The notes: generated by a model not told the origin, from the letters alone. 63,048 nt of DNA, filler included, from Bigelowiella natans CCMP2755 (GCA_000320545.1; 6 parts of 6 records of this genome joined end to end with filler, not necessarily neighbours in it); one strand, 5' to 3'; positions 12,029-26,203 are shown, counted from the first letter of the whole stretch. Translations and numbers: made by a program.

Positions 12029-12652
12029 ATAGTAGTAGTAGTCGTAGCTTCAACCCTTACACGTGACGGGAGAAATACAAAAACATCATCTTCGTCTCTT
12101 ATTTCCATCCATGACGGCTAGGCTAGGGAGTAAGAAATCAGAACAAGTCTCCTCCTCCTCCTTTTCCTCCTCGCCCCCCCCCCCCCCTCCTCGACTGCTC
12201 TACAAGTATAGACCAAGTTCAGATCCGAAGTAGGTTTTATCAATTCCGAGGGCCTACATACAACGGAAAGACAAAGAAAGAACGTGAGCGCTGGTTGAAG
12301 ATTCGTTTCAACAAACGCCGCAAAACCCGGCAACCCCACCCCCCCTTGTGATATTCGTCATCTCCGCCCCTTCCCCCCCTCTACCTGCCTACCCCCTCAT
12401 ATTCAAAGAAGTACCCTGGTAGCTGCTGCAGCCATGGAATAGCCGACAAGGATGCATGCAAGTGAGACGATGTCGAAAGTGAAGTTTTTGACGTAGTAGT
12501 ATGCTAGATGCCCTAGAGCAAGGGTCTTGAATAACCTAAGGAGCGGAGGGGGGGGGGGGGGGGGAGGCATGAAGAAGAGATTCGGAGACCAGAGTTTCAA
12601 AGTCGCATAGTGAAAGTGACATTGCGCCACGAATGGGTGTATGCGTGTCTCA

Positions 12653-12695
<43 letters not shown>

Positions 12696-13091
12696 TAAGG
12701 GGAGGGGCTGTGCCGTGGTACGTACATAGCATCCCGTTTGAAAGCTCCAAAGGCAATATCCCTGTCGATTAATACCATCATCATCATTATAATCACAAGA
12801 TGATTCACCATATCATCGTCACAATTACCAAGGTCTCGTGAGCAAACACACACATACACACATCACCATAAAAGAGGGCTACTGGCAGCAGCATTAACTC
12901 TCTCCTCATCTATCTTTTTTCCACCCATCCTTACCCCCCCCCCCCCCCCTCGCATATCATAGGAAGCTTATACAGAAAGGGATCTTTCATGATTCACCTC
13001 CTCGAGTAGAAAGTGCCAATGTAGATCAAATAGTGCAGAAATCTGCGAAAACGGTGTGGCGGGGGGGGGAATAAGCAGAAAATACAGTGGT

Positions 13092-13132
<41 letters not shown>

Positions 13133-14299
13133 TTAGTGATGATTATGTGTGTGATATTACGAGGTAGTCACGAGGAAGATGTAGGGGTGGATGAGTAAGG
13201 ATGCGATTCCAAGGCACACAAGCAGCACTAGGTTGTTCATTCCTATCAGCGTTTCCACTTTTTCCGTCAGGTACCTACATGACACCATGGTGATGATGGC
13301 GGTGATGATCGATGACGACGACGATGATGATGGTGGCAAGACTACCATGCACTAACATTCAAATCAGGTGGGAAACGAGGAGTGTATGCTTCATCATCCT
13401 CATCATCATCCTCATCATCATCCTCATCATCTTTCCCGTTGCGCCCTTCCTACGTTGTCGCTAGCACAATAAATGCGGATATCTTGGCCGTGATGGACCC
13501 GGGTGCGATTGTCGCCAGGAAAAGAGCGCGGGCGTTCTTGTTGTATCTGACACATCATGATGCAAAGAAGCAAAGGAAGAATTGGAATCATGTGTGTGTG
13601 TGTGTGTGTGTGTCCGGGACCCAATCACTTTCCCTCCAGTCTTGCGGTCGTGGCACGTTGGTAATAAATCAGCATCATGTTCTTTCCATCATCACCACCA
13701 ATCATCGTTCTCGCTATATCCCCCTCCTAGCAGCAGTGATGGAGGGGGAATGACAACGACGACTACTACTACTAACAACTAGTGCAACCAACAACCTGTT
13801 GGTCAGATATTTGAGTAGCTTGCCCCATGGCTTTAGTATCTTGGGATAGGTTGTGTAGTGGATCTTGAGGCAAATACGGAAACCTTCGTTCTTCTCCTTG
13901 TTGTCGCTGATCAAATGCACTTCACGGTTGAAGTCGAAGGCGACCGCATCGCCGTCAGAAAGCGTATATCCTGCAGGAACCTGTAGGGTATGTGGGGGTG
14001 GGGGTGGGGGGGCGGAGGGGGGAGGAGGAGGAGAGCATAACGCAAGTATGCGAATGAGCGCGACAGAAGAGAGCTGAGTGCCGGAGTTTATATGGTGAGC
14101 ACAATTTTTTTCTCTTTTCCTAATTCCTCCTCTTTTCTCTTCTAATTCTTCTCCCTCCATCTAAAAAGGGGGTATTTATATTATCACAATCAACCATGGG
14201 GAAAGAAGTCTTGATCTGCTTGTTCAGATTCACTGCTACCTGAGAAATAACATATTACATCGTATCAGTACACACACACACGTACAATCACGTACACAC

Positions 14300-14371
<72 letters not shown>

Positions 14372-14728
14372 GCGCATATATAGCATACGTAATAGTTGAT
14401 ACAGCAACTGTCTGTGCGTGCACAATACTACATCATGTTTGACTATGAATTACTAACCATGCATCTGAACGTGGAGGCGAATGGAAAGATCCCTAATGCC
14501 CAAACAACCAGAGCCAAGCCCCAACATTAATTGAATTCTTCTACTTTCACGTAATGATTTCCATCACTCCCTCACCCTCAACAACACTACCGACCGCTCT
14601 CCCCCCCCTCTGAAACGTACACCCACTCTCATCATCGATACGCAGAGACAGCTGGATCCCAGCCTGCCTTCCTCATGTGAAGGCGTCATTTACGGCATCC
14701 CCAACCCCCACATCACACTTCTTATCAC

Positions 14729-14764
<36 letters not shown>

Positions 14765-15939
14765 GTAGTAGGTGATCTACTCTCGTCACTTACCCCAAGG
14801 CCCATCCACATGCGCCATGTAGAAGACCCCATCGGAGTTGAGACCATACTTTGGACTGCGGCAGCAACAGGAAGAATAAGGGAGCAGTTCATCAGTGAGA
14901 CGACACTCGAAGAACAATGCCTTCCACATCGGGAAACGAACCCATGAGCTAACCCCCCCCCCCCCCCCCCCGAACATCTCTTCAATAAAATAAATCAGAT
15001 CGTCTCCAGTTCCCCCTACCTGGCTACGTAGATTTCGTTCATCGTATCCACAACCTCCACCTCATAAGCCTGCGTTACAAGAATTGCACGTGGTCATAAC
15101 AAAATTCAAGAAGACGAATTTTCACACGAATATCTCTCCTCTCCGTAATGCTCCACAGCCTACCTTATCCCCGTACGATTCTTTGAACATTCCCAGGAGA
15201 TTTTCACAATTTGCAATACGCTCAAACGCTTCCCGAGGCTGTCATACGGCGCAAACATCGTGTATGAGGAAGAAGGAAGGGAGGGAAGGGGGGAGGGGGA
15301 GGGAGAGAAAATGTCTGGCTTAACAAAAGGAGATGGAAAGAAATATACAAATACTTCTGCCAGGACTTTTGCGTATTTGGAGAAAAACTCGAGAAATGTT
15401 AAAATACGTGTTGGTGTCGATTTGTGATGGCAGCTCACCTCTCCCTCCAAATTCTCATACCACCAATGAGTGGTGTGATCCTTGGATGGCCCTTCCTTCA
15501 TCACCCAGTCGTTTATTGTCTTCAAGTCTTTCACCTAAGAGCAGAGTATCATCGTTGTCAGGTGGTGGTCGTTTAATTCGAATTCTATACAATAAAAGTT
15601 CCCAGCATAATTCTCCACCACGACAATACACGATAGCTATTTGGTCAAATTTACGAAACGTCTACTGTCGCTATTTCCCCTCGCAAGAGCAACCGACTCT
15701 GGTGTATTCATTCTTTTTAAAGTTACCTGCTGCGGCTTGACCAATTTAGTATACAGCACGCGGTTGTGAGCCACACAGAAACCGAGGAGAGAGAAGTGCA
15801 TGTAGTCCACTGCATCAAGAACTAGAGGAAGGAGGTAGTAGGTGTGCTCTACAAGCTGGGACATCCAATCACTCTCACCGATGTATTGGCTTTGATACGT
15901 CACCTGTTGGCATTAGAATACGGGGAATAATAACCAACC

Positions 15940-15972
<33 letters not shown>

Positions 15973-16759
15973 TATCATCATCATGCATGTGTGCCGCACA
16001 TCATCATGTATGTGTGCCGCATTGTCAACAGCATTAGAAAGTATCATAGAGCAAGTTGTAGCCTGCTGCTGCTTCAGAGTCGTCGTCACATATCTCAGGA
16101 AGGTGTTGTGCTACCTCTCCTGTAATAATGTGTGCCAGTTCTTGGAAAATAAATGAGGCTGCCATAGCTACACAAGATCCCATTATTCCCCACCCCATGA
16201 AGTACGATAGCGCCAAGATCAGAATCGATGCAACCTAGCATGACAATACCATTGGAATTGTTCAGCCCGCGCTGGATAGCTCACAACCCATATTGAATCG
16301 AGTTGTTTTTAATATATCATTAGTATGAGCGATGATAATACCGATGTCTTAGCGAAGGTCTTTGAGGGGAGTATGGTATACAAGGATGCGATATAAACTA
16401 CAGTAAGGGCTACGGAAATGTAGAAGGACCAGATGTTCAAGAGGCAGAGAAACCTAGCAAAGAGTAGCAGCATAGTGTCAATCTAATGGCGTTTCCCTGC
16501 TATTAATACCATACTTTATTTGTCTATTCAATAATTCATTTACCCGAGGATCCCAAGAGGCGTAGTGATTACATGTAGGCCAATGTTCACACTGTACGTA
16601 TGGCATTTGCGGAACTTCGCTTCTGCGAGAAGGCAAAAGGTATGTGGGAAGCGGTTTGGGGGATAAAGAGTGGAAAACAAGTTCCAGGATTTCACGACGT
16701 CATAGTTATGTTTTACCTAAGGCCTCATAGGTGCCCATGTTCGAGCTCTTCGCTGACAT
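11268..16759 (-). CDS. Multi-exon ER membrane enzyme: Mpo1/DUF962-like + AspH/LpxO-like 2OG-Fe(II) dioxygenase + PEMT/Opi3-like methyltransferase
   Basis: Spliced by hand via GT-AG: MSAKSSNMGTYEALEAKFRKCHTYSVNIGLHVITTPLG..FQELAHIITGE; NSDGVFYMAHVDGPWGIFPFASTFRCM..GDAVAFDFNREVHLI..FRICLKIHY; ALGIDKTYFGSELGHCQPKYVSAFPYNCIPHPMIVGAVIGLVG. Ends ..SVKKQH* (KKxx ER retrieval motif). Confidence 0.8.
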
Positions 16760-18688
16760 TTTCCTCAGTGCTAAGTGGGGAGGGTTGTGGCGGCCTCACT
16801 TCACAAAAATGCAGACTACGAGTGATCGTTCTCCTGATGAAAGGTTAAATTGTCCTGCGTTTTTCGTAATTTCTGGCATCTTTTGATGTCTCACTATGAA
16901 ATTACTGGAAGTATTTTCGTTGGGCTTGTTAAAGGCTGTGAGAAGCTGATCTCAGTTAGCGAGAATGGCCGACTATGGTGATTAAGCAGGAGAATGCATG
17001 TTATTCAGGATTAGCGTCAAGGATAGAACACCGATATTTCTCGAATTACGGTCCTTTCTTTTGTTGATGAGAGTACGAGCGTATCCACCTTAAGGCAATC
17101 TATAATTTGCGACATTTTTTTTATGTTGTCGTCTATATAAAAACAAAACTAAACTTTGAGATACGGCTTTCCAGGAGCTTGGAGATCCTTTGGAGATGGT
17201 AGAAATTTGTGGTCAAGATTCTTGCACTCCTTTGTCTGGAAATAGGCTTCATTTTTTCGAAAATTGATTTCCATAGATTTCAACAAATGTGTGAAAACGG
17301 AGGTAATTTATGGTTGTTGTAACATCAGGATTCTCCTAAAATACTCCAATTGTGTCACAATGACGTCAACTCAAAGGCGTATCTCATCCTTGAGACAAAA
17401 TTTGAAGGTTAAATAGAGAAAGAACTACAGGGGATTTCTTCTCCATTCCCCATCAGACTTTTCGCAGAATATTCCCATCCTCATTTCTTCTTCAGTGCAA
17501 TCACCAAAAATTCCTGTTTGCGACATCGGGTATCTCCCTAGAATTACAGTCGAAAGGAGGATGGTGATTTAGTCTACGTTTTATCGGGCATACATCTGCT
17601 CCAGGGCTGGAGTTACTTCAATGTTGCGTGTTTTTGGCTAGACAGTAATTCATACCAAAAACATCACAACCACAAAACTTACGAAAATCCTCGTAAGCAT
17701 GCAAATTATCGTATCGAAAACTGGCGAGACTTAAATGCATGACATTCTAAAGAAGAGACATCCAAGATGCCGAATATATAGCGTCTGACGGCCTTGAATT
17801 AATAGAATGGGCTTCCACTTTGTGTCTGAAATTCTTTCTCTTTCCACATCTCAAGGGAAAGCAAGAAAGGGTTCCGGCCTCCGAAATGGCGGATGGACTC
17901 CTTTCGTTCGATAACGTAGCCGATGAGGATGGAGAGGCTTTTAGGTTTATAAATACTACTTAGCAATAGTTGTAAGCATGCAGGTGTGCCTCGTTCATAG
18001 TGTGAGAATGTACTCAACGAAGAGAAACAACCTCCTGCGACAACAACTTGCAGGTTTGTGGACCAATTCCTGGGAAACGGGCCAATGATAGGAGCAACTA
18101 ATATCGGAGAATGTAGCATTGATCTTACAGTTTCCTCGTTGTCCTCCACCGACAAGCTGGGCCCACTTTCCCTTCTTCCGGAATTTACCAACAAGGTACC
18201 TGTCCATACGGGCGGCAGCTTTAATCTTCTTACCTCTGTATTTGCCATAAATATTTAGACGGATCATAGCATCATATCCAGCAGCAATATTTGTAGCAGC
18301 ATCGGCATTGAAGATGATAGCTCAAACAACAATACCCCTGATAGATACAGTGACAGAGAAACAGCAGAGAGAAGGTTCTCAGTAATTTCATGTCGCCTTT
18401 TCCGATAATCTCGATATCTTTTCCATCTTGATTTTCCTGTCCATATATTTTTATCCAATTATTAATAATCATAAAGTAAATCCAAGCACGGAAGTCAATC
18501 CGATGCGCACTCTCAAACACGGGCTACCGTGTTTAGAAGTGCAAATACATATTTTCTCTCGCTACGTCATTGCTACAATTTTGGTGATCTAATCTCTTTG
18601 AATCAACCACAGTCGGAATCTTCGGAAAGACGACAACGGTGGAGGAAACAGTAAACTTACTCCCTACTACTGCTAATACAACTAGTTG

Positions 18689-18719
<31 letters not shown>

Positions 18720-19054
18720 GCTTCTACTACCATATATCCTCTATTGGTTTCGACATGTTCAGTCCTTGCGACCGCCCTCTCTGGGCATGCTGCTAGCTGA
18801 AACAATCAATATTTGCTCGCCGTCTTCAGCATGTTATCAGAAAGATTTTGTTTTGCATTTGTTGCACTATAAGCATGCGTTAGTGCACATAAATATGTTT
18901 TTGTGAATTTTAATAATTGTCAGATGGACTTTATACATTGATCAAAATTTGTTCCGCATTCGACATGTTCTATTGCAAAATTTATCCTTTTTTAATATTT
19001 ATTTTGGTCAATATTCTGTGAGGAAATTTGACATATTTTACTGTTCTTTAACGT

Positions 19055-19258
19055 ATGAAAGTTGGCGGACCAAGCAGTAGTGACGGTAAAAGTGAAACCG
19101 CACCCAACGCCTCAACCACCAAAAAGCAAAAACCAAAGCGTGAGAGAAATCGTGAGGCTGCCTCAAAGTACCGCAAGAGACGAAAGGCGTACGTGGAGGG
19201 TTTGGAGGGGAAAATCAAGATTCTCAACTCTGACAATGTCGTCGAAGCACGCCCATAA
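19055..19258 (+). CDS. bZIP transcription factor (basic-region exon; likely continues in downstream exons to about 20308)
   Basis: KRERNREAASKYRKRRKAYVEGLEGKIKIL matches the bZIP basic signature N-x7-R followed by heptad leucines. Candidate zipper exon at about 19501 (ENKSQKIEELTSTNQYL). Confidence 0.7.
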   Translation: MKVGGPSSSDGKSETAPNASTTKKQKPKRERNREAASKYRKRRKAYVEGLEGKIKILNSDNVVEARP

Positions 19259-20812
19259 CTAAACATATATTCTTATTCTAGTATTATCATTATTTTTGTT
19301 AAGAATGAAAATATTCTTTCTGCACTATTCATTCCTTATAGGAAGCTAGTACTGCTGATGGGTAGGTAGATAGATAAAAGAACAACATTACTGTGAGTGT
19401 TGTTGCTACTACACGAGCGGTCTGTGTTAGAATTCTTCCACGTTAGTAGTGAGAAGTGTGTTTGACTCTTGCTTGCACATGTATGATAATGATTTAACAG
19501 GAAAACAAATCCCAGAAGATCGAGGAGCTGACTTCCACAAATCAATACCTTTATCATCAAAACATCACACTTTTGCAGCAGTCTGCCCGTCCCCCCCCCC
19601 CCCGTGTTTACTTACGCGCTCCTAAGCAGCGGCGTTTTGTACCACTTTACATTACTTTTCTTCTTCACATATTACTCAAAGATATGTTAAATTAAGCCCT
19701 TACTATAAATTAGGTCAGCTACTTGAAGTCGATGCTGTGCATGGGAAACAGCAACAATGGAAACACTAGCAGCTGCATTAAACCGTGCAAGAACTCCACC
19801 ATTCTCGGAGGACTCGGAACGCTGGTATTGAGAATAAGTGATTGCTATAGAACATCGTTGATGGCGGAATGAACGAATTGGGGGATACCGTCCTCTCCAT
19901 TTGACATGGACTAAAAGTATCATGAAAACAAAGTACTAAAAGTGCAAAGAACCCAATTTCACTATAAGTTATGTTGGGAATCGGTGCTTGTAACTAGTGT
20001 GGCTTGTACGTATTACTTATCCATCTTCTTCTTCTTCTTCTTCTTCTTCTTCTTCTTCTCTTTCTTCTTCTTCTTCTTCTTCTTCTTCTTCTTCTTTCTC
20101 CTCCTCCCAGGTGATGTGCATTACTCTGTCCCTCGCAGTCCTCAATAACCACCCTGCAACTACGACGTTCTCTGAACACGCGACGGACTCCTCATCCATG
20201 CAGCACGCCAAGATGATGAGCATGCAAGATGCTGTGCAGCACGATGCTGATGTGCCGCTGTCGCTCACATTGAACTCAATGGCGGCGATTGCGCCCGGAG
20301 AGGGTTAAACATGTCTGCATGTGTGTTCTGTGATATCTTCAGAGAGAAACACGTAGCTTACAATTTTTATCACATGATCATCATCTATCTTCACTGTTAC
20401 ATCAACACCCGCATAGCTTCGCGCTGCGTGTGCCATTCAGTACTCCCACGACCGTCGACTTAACTCTGCAACATCCTCTTTGTTAGAGCTTGTTCGTCGC
20501 CCCTCGAGGAAAGTAGAGCTCCTTCGTCCAGCACTGGAAACCGCCCATCGTGGCGGTTTGCCCGCTGGGGGGGGGGCAAGAGGAACCTCTCTGATGCCCC
20601 GCAAGGAAACCAAAGAAGAGCATGCAAAGGCGACAGGAAACCAAGATATAGAGACAGAACGCATGATACCGAAGCAAGGAGACGACGATAGAGATGAGGG
20701 CCAGCAATCGCCTAGACGAAGGAGAAGAAGAAAGAGCAAAATAGCAACCAAAAACAACGATCAGGAGGAAAAGGGGGAGGAGGAGGAGGAGGAGGAGGAG
20801 GAAGAAGAGGAG

Positions 20813-20912
20813 NNNNNNNNNNNNNNNNNNNNNNNNNNNNNNNNNNNNNNNNNNNNTTAATTAATTAANNNNNNNNNNNNNNNNNNNNNNNNNNNNNNNN
20901 NNNNNNNNNNNN
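20813..20912. other. Artificial scaffold gap linker
   Basis: 44 N + TTAATTAATTAA (stops in all six frames) + 44 N. Confidence 0.98.
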
Positions 20913-20972
20913 GAGAGAGAGAGCATAGACTGGTCGCAAATTAAAGAGCCGAAGCAAGATCATCTATTTCGC

Positions 20973-21008
<36 letters not shown>

Positions 21009-21342
21009 TATAATATTATATATGATAAATTTGACGCATGTCCTCCCCCTCCTCCACCCACTCTCCACATTGGCCCCAATGGTTTACGGATGCAGGGTGG
21101 CTCAGCTGATAGCATCAGCTAAAAGAACCACAGGCGTCTCCTCCTCCTCCTCCTCATCTTCTTCCTCTTCCACTGGTAGTATTTATTGGCGCTGCAAAGA
21201 TGGCAGGAGAAGAAGGAAATAATCGATGAGATTGCACAGCCCGCACCTTCCTCCTTCGTCGCCAAACACACATCGTATGATATATCAAATCACTCTATCT
21301 ACAACTCCCCCACCCCCCCCCTCCCCCTCACCCTTGAATCAG

Positions 21343-21476
21343 CGTCATCCAATGAAAAGAAGTACCGCATGCGGCTGGCGCAGTCACAAGACCAAGTAGG
21401 AAAGAGGGGGGAAAACTATCATCTGCAGAGACGACACCAACCGCACCAACCAGCGGAGAAATGCATTCATACGCAC

Positions 21477-21513
<37 letters not shown>

Positions 21514-22348
21514 ACCGCACACATGCGCGCGCGCAGGTGCGCAGACGCGGATTGCTGATGATATCATTCTTGCTTCCCAAACAATCGTATTATCAGCTAC
21601 TGAAGATGAGGAACGCATACGCCGCACTCAAGGCGCAGCAGGACGAGATGAAGAGGTGGGGGAGGCGGCGGTAGTGGGGCTCATCGATATGATGATGATG
21701 ATGATTATTATTATTATTATGATTAATTAAACGGTGAAGATAGCGATTGCCTATCCCCCCTCCCCCCTCCTCCCCTCACTCGTCCTTCCTCTACTTTCAT
21801 ACTCCTTTCTTATAATGCTATTATGCTACTGCTGCTGCTGCTGCTGCTGCTGCGGCGGCGGCGGTGATAAATTCCACATCTACGTCTGTCGCCCTCCGTC
21901 GTTTTTCTCGCCGCTCGCTGGCACGCATCGTCACCTGGCCTCCTCTATTCTTGTGAAAGGATTCTGGTGGAGAAGGACAACATCATCGAGAGCCTTGGGG
22001 CGGTGAGAGATGCATTTTTGTTTTGCTGCTGCTGGCCTCTGCAATTGTAGCAGCCGCTAGTAAAGTATCAGCAGAGGCGGAAGTAGCTGCAGCAGTAGCT
22101 ATATACGTGTTTATGTTTCTTTTGGAAAATACTCGGTCGCTCGGTGGATCTTACTAGTGTACGCGTGCAACCCCATTCAATATTCTCTCCACATATATCG
22201 ATGATGATGATTGTGATGATGATGAGAATGATGATGATGATGATGATGATGACGTGCGTTCGCAGAAGGAGGAGGAGGATGACACCGAGGCCAAGCTGGG
22301 CGCGCTGAAGAAGCAGTACATGCAGATCACCGAATCCTTCGCATCGGT

Positions 22349-22404
<56 letters not shown>

Positions 22405-23763
22405 TGTGTGTGTTGTAGTTGCTGTTATTGTTGTTATTAGTAGTAGTAGTACAGTAGATTATCGACCAAATACACACATAACCCCACACGAATCTAAACA
22501 TTATATACAATATGAACGCATTAATACGATAAACACGCGCAAAACCATTTCAAACCCCAACAGGCTCAGTCGTCGCTGATTGACAGCAAGGCAGAAGTAG
22601 AGACGCTCAAGGAAGAGCGGCAAAACGTGAAGAAAACGGTAATAACAATCCTCCTAATAATAGCCCGTCGCGGCTCGCAATTACAGCCATTTTATATTGT
22701 GGGCGGTCTTCGAGATCCAACTGGATTTTCTTATCGCATTGCTATCACCATCGTCGCATCAGCACCATCGCACATGCACTCACGCACACGCGCACACACG
22801 CACACGTATCATCGTGCAGAGCGAGAGAGTAGAGAAGGAACTCGCGAGGCTGAAGCTCGATTCGCGCTCAAAGATAAGGTGTCGTCGGGGAATGAATAGA
22901 GAGTGTTGATGTCATCGTGAAAAGAGAACAAATGGAGAAATGGGGAGAGGAATGACCCCCCCGTAATAGCAGCAGCAGAGCACCGCATCATGAGCTTTCA
23001 CGTGCGCCTTTTAAATGCTATGTAGAAGTGTGTGAGTGTGCGTGTGTCTGCTCGCTTGTTCGCGTTGGGTATCAATCGATTTAAAAAAACGACGGCATGT
23101 ATAGCGGCCTTGAGGAGTCTCTCCAGTCGACGCGCCAGGGCCTGGCGGAGGCCGAGGAGAAGCTGAAAGGGACATCGCAGGAGCTTACGGAGTGCCGTTC
23201 GCGCCTGGAGAAGCTCTCGGCGCAGGCGAGTGATAGCAATAAAGAGAACTCCGACATCAAGACTTCCCTAGAGGCGGAGACGACGCGTGCCGATCAGGCG
23301 GAAAAGCAGCTACAAAAAACGAGGATTGGTAGCAATCTTGCCCCTTCGCCACTTTCCCCCCTCCCCCCTCCCCCTTTTATATTGCGTAGATGTTGTCCAT
23401 CTCCTCATTATCATCATCGTCGCTGCTCCTCCTCGCTGATGGCTGCTCGTCCGGCGCGTGTTTGTGGCCCTTTTCCTCCTTCCTTTTCCTTCCTTCTCCT
23501 CCTCCTCCTCCTCCTCCTCCTCCTCCTCCTCTTCCTTACTACTTCATTGGCCCCTTCCTTCTGCAAGAGCTGGAGGGCGCAACCGAAACCAACAAAGAGC
23601 ATGCCACCAAGATCTCATCCCTCGAATCGCAAGTGGAGGTAAGGAATGGGAGGGGGGGGAGAAGGGTTAGGAGAAGGAAGGAGGAGGAGGAGGAGGAGGA
23701 GGAGGAGGAGGAGGAGTCCTGCTGCATGCCATTAAGCACAGCTTAGAGAACAATACCACCCAC

Positions 23764-23797
<34 letters not shown>

Positions 23798-23971
23798 ACA
23801 CAGGAGCTTCAGCTGAACCACAAGATCATCCTGAAAAAGAACGCGAATCTAACGCGCGACCTCAAGCGCAACCTCAAGCGGGACGCTGTGAAAGCGACAG
23901 AAGTCAGAAGGACCCCCTCTCCCTCCCCCCCTGCTCACCCCGTGCTGACCTTTAATACTACTCTCTACGAC

Positions 23972-24002
<31 letters not shown>

Positions 24003-24121
24003 TTCCCCTCCCCCGCTCTCTCTTCGTCCTCTCCACGTCCGCTCAGACGAAGGCGGAATTATTGGAGGAGCGAGACCGGCGTCTATCCCTCGAGGCCAAA
24101 CTCAAGAAAGATCGCCCAGGG
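21343..24121 (+). CDS. Multi-exon coiled-coil protein, GRIPAP1(GRASP-1)/CCDC186-like; 3' part interrupted by gap
   Basis: GT-AG exons: RLAQSQDQ|LLKMRNAYAALKAQQ, EAKLGALKKQYMQ, GLEESLQSTRQGLAEAEEKL, SLESQVE|ELQLNHKIILKKNANLTRDLKRNLKR. Family assignment is from recalled motif similarity only. Confidence 0.6.
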
Positions 24122-24212
24122 TAAGAAGATTTTTGTGTTAGTGAAAAAGGAGGGGGTTTGGGGGGGGGGGCGGATTCGGGTAGCAGTTATAACTGACGAC
24201 ACATCTGCACAA

Positions 24213-24312
24213 NNNNNNNNNNNNNNNNNNNNNNNNNNNNNNNNNNNNNNNNNNNNTTAATTAATTAANNNNNNNNNNNNNNNNNNNNNNNNNNNNNNNN
24301 NNNNNNNNNNNN
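24213..24312. other. Artificial scaffold gap linker
   Basis: N run with central TTAATTAATTAA. Confidence 0.98.
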
Positions 24313-24460
24313 ATGTAGCTCCCCCCCCCCGCGGGAAACCGTACCCCAGCATCGTTCTCTCTCATTCTGTTTGGGTAAACGGGGCCCCCCTCGTTTGTCA
24401 GGGATGCAATCTAAGCACACACACACACACACACACACACGTACACATGTACACATAGGG

Positions 24461-24503
<43 letters not shown>

Positions 24504-25365
24504 GTATATATTTATAAATAATATGATGTGGATTTCGCACACTGTCCGTTATTCAGCAAAACAGGTATATCGATCATGGTGCCTCCTCTCCCTGCACAGA
24601 GAACACAGTTTCACCATGCTCTCCTACCAGAGAGAGGCACCGGCAACCCTGTATTTTTTCTCGACTAGAGACGCTATAGATATAGAGGATCTCTCGTAAA
24701 AGATGTTGGATGTATTACGTTCATATCGACGAATGCTGCGAGAGGCTGATGAGGCGGTTGGAGAATGGTAGAAGAAGAAGAAGAAGAAGAAGAAGAAGAA
24801 GAAGAAGGCCATCGTGAGAACAGAACCGACGAATAGGCGGTTTCGATATCGGCAAATATACTCAGCCACTACAAGTGGGCGACTCTCAGCGCACTCAAAC
24901 CGCACATTGGATCATACACGCATGGTTTGATGTCTCTTTGAGAAACAATAAAGTCTGACTAAAATCTAAAAGATAAAGCCTTTTTACAACCCCCCCCCCC
25001 CCCCCCCCGCGCGCACCTTGGAATTGGGATAGTTCTCCTTCGTAAGGACCCCCGCCTGGCATTTGTTGGAACATAGCAGTCCCAAACACGAGGGGAAAAG
25101 AAAGAAGAAAGTTGCGAATCAGACGAGTCAAATGATGCTGAAAGAGACCACCTTTTGCAGCGACCCCAATGCCGTAGCGAGCGCCTTGGAGGAGACCTGA
25201 GCAAGAAACCACGCGGTGCGGCGTGTTTTGCATATCATAAGAAGGCAGAGAGGCTTTTGAATATAGTCTTAATTTGCAGCGGAGAACGCATGATCGTCAA
25301 GCTTACCTCAGGCTTGGCAGCGATTTTGACCCCTGAGTACCATTGTTTTGCGTCCTGAATACGGT

Positions 25366-25445
<80 letters not shown>

Positions 25446-25690
25446 GAGAGTAGCTTTAGTTTCTCATCACCTCTACTTTCAGCTCATATTTCTTCGCAAT
25501 GAACTGCGGCATTGTGTTGGCCTCTTTGTGGAATAACGCTGCGGCCTCTCCCACGGCTGCAAGAGCTCTGTCAGCACCCCCCCCACCCCCCCCCCAAGAG
25601 AATTGGGTGCAAACACACGAACACATATATGAGCACTGTTTCACGAGCATTGTGATATTTATTTAAATATAGGAGCATTGTGATATTTAT

Positions 25691-25740
<50 letters not shown>

Positions 25741-26172
25741 ATATATTGTGATTTTATTTCATGATATAATCTATCTAAAAGCTGTTAGTTGATTCAGCAA
25801 CCTCTTTATTAGATCTTTCTTCTCAGTCGCCACATCCTCCCTTTGTAAAGCAATGACAATAACGATGAAGATAGGGAGGACTAGCAGTGTCGTTGTCATT
25901 GCTTTTGCGGCAAATACGATAAGCATGATGACACGGCAAAGCGTGCAAGTACATTGCTCCACGTTTCGATGTTCTGACTATATTATATAATATATGCTGA
26001 TATAGTGCGTGTGTGATATGACCTTGCAGCTAACATGAAACAGGGCCAAGGGGTGAAGATCTCCCCGACTCTTTTCACCTATGTAGGAGGTCCACAAACT
26101 ACATAACTTCGAGTATAGGCTGCTGATATGCGCCATTCAATACGCACGTTCCTGTGTTTATCTTGCTTCTCA

Positions 26173-26203
<31 letters not shown>

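Noticed and set aside
16960-18810. SSR-poor region with several 60-150 aa ORFs and possible very short introns
   Set aside because: No consistent reading frame or recognisable domain could be assembled.
20813-20912. Recurrent TTAATTAATTAA palindrome (five copies)
   Set aside because: Always centred in a 100-nt N gap; an artificial six-frame stop linker.
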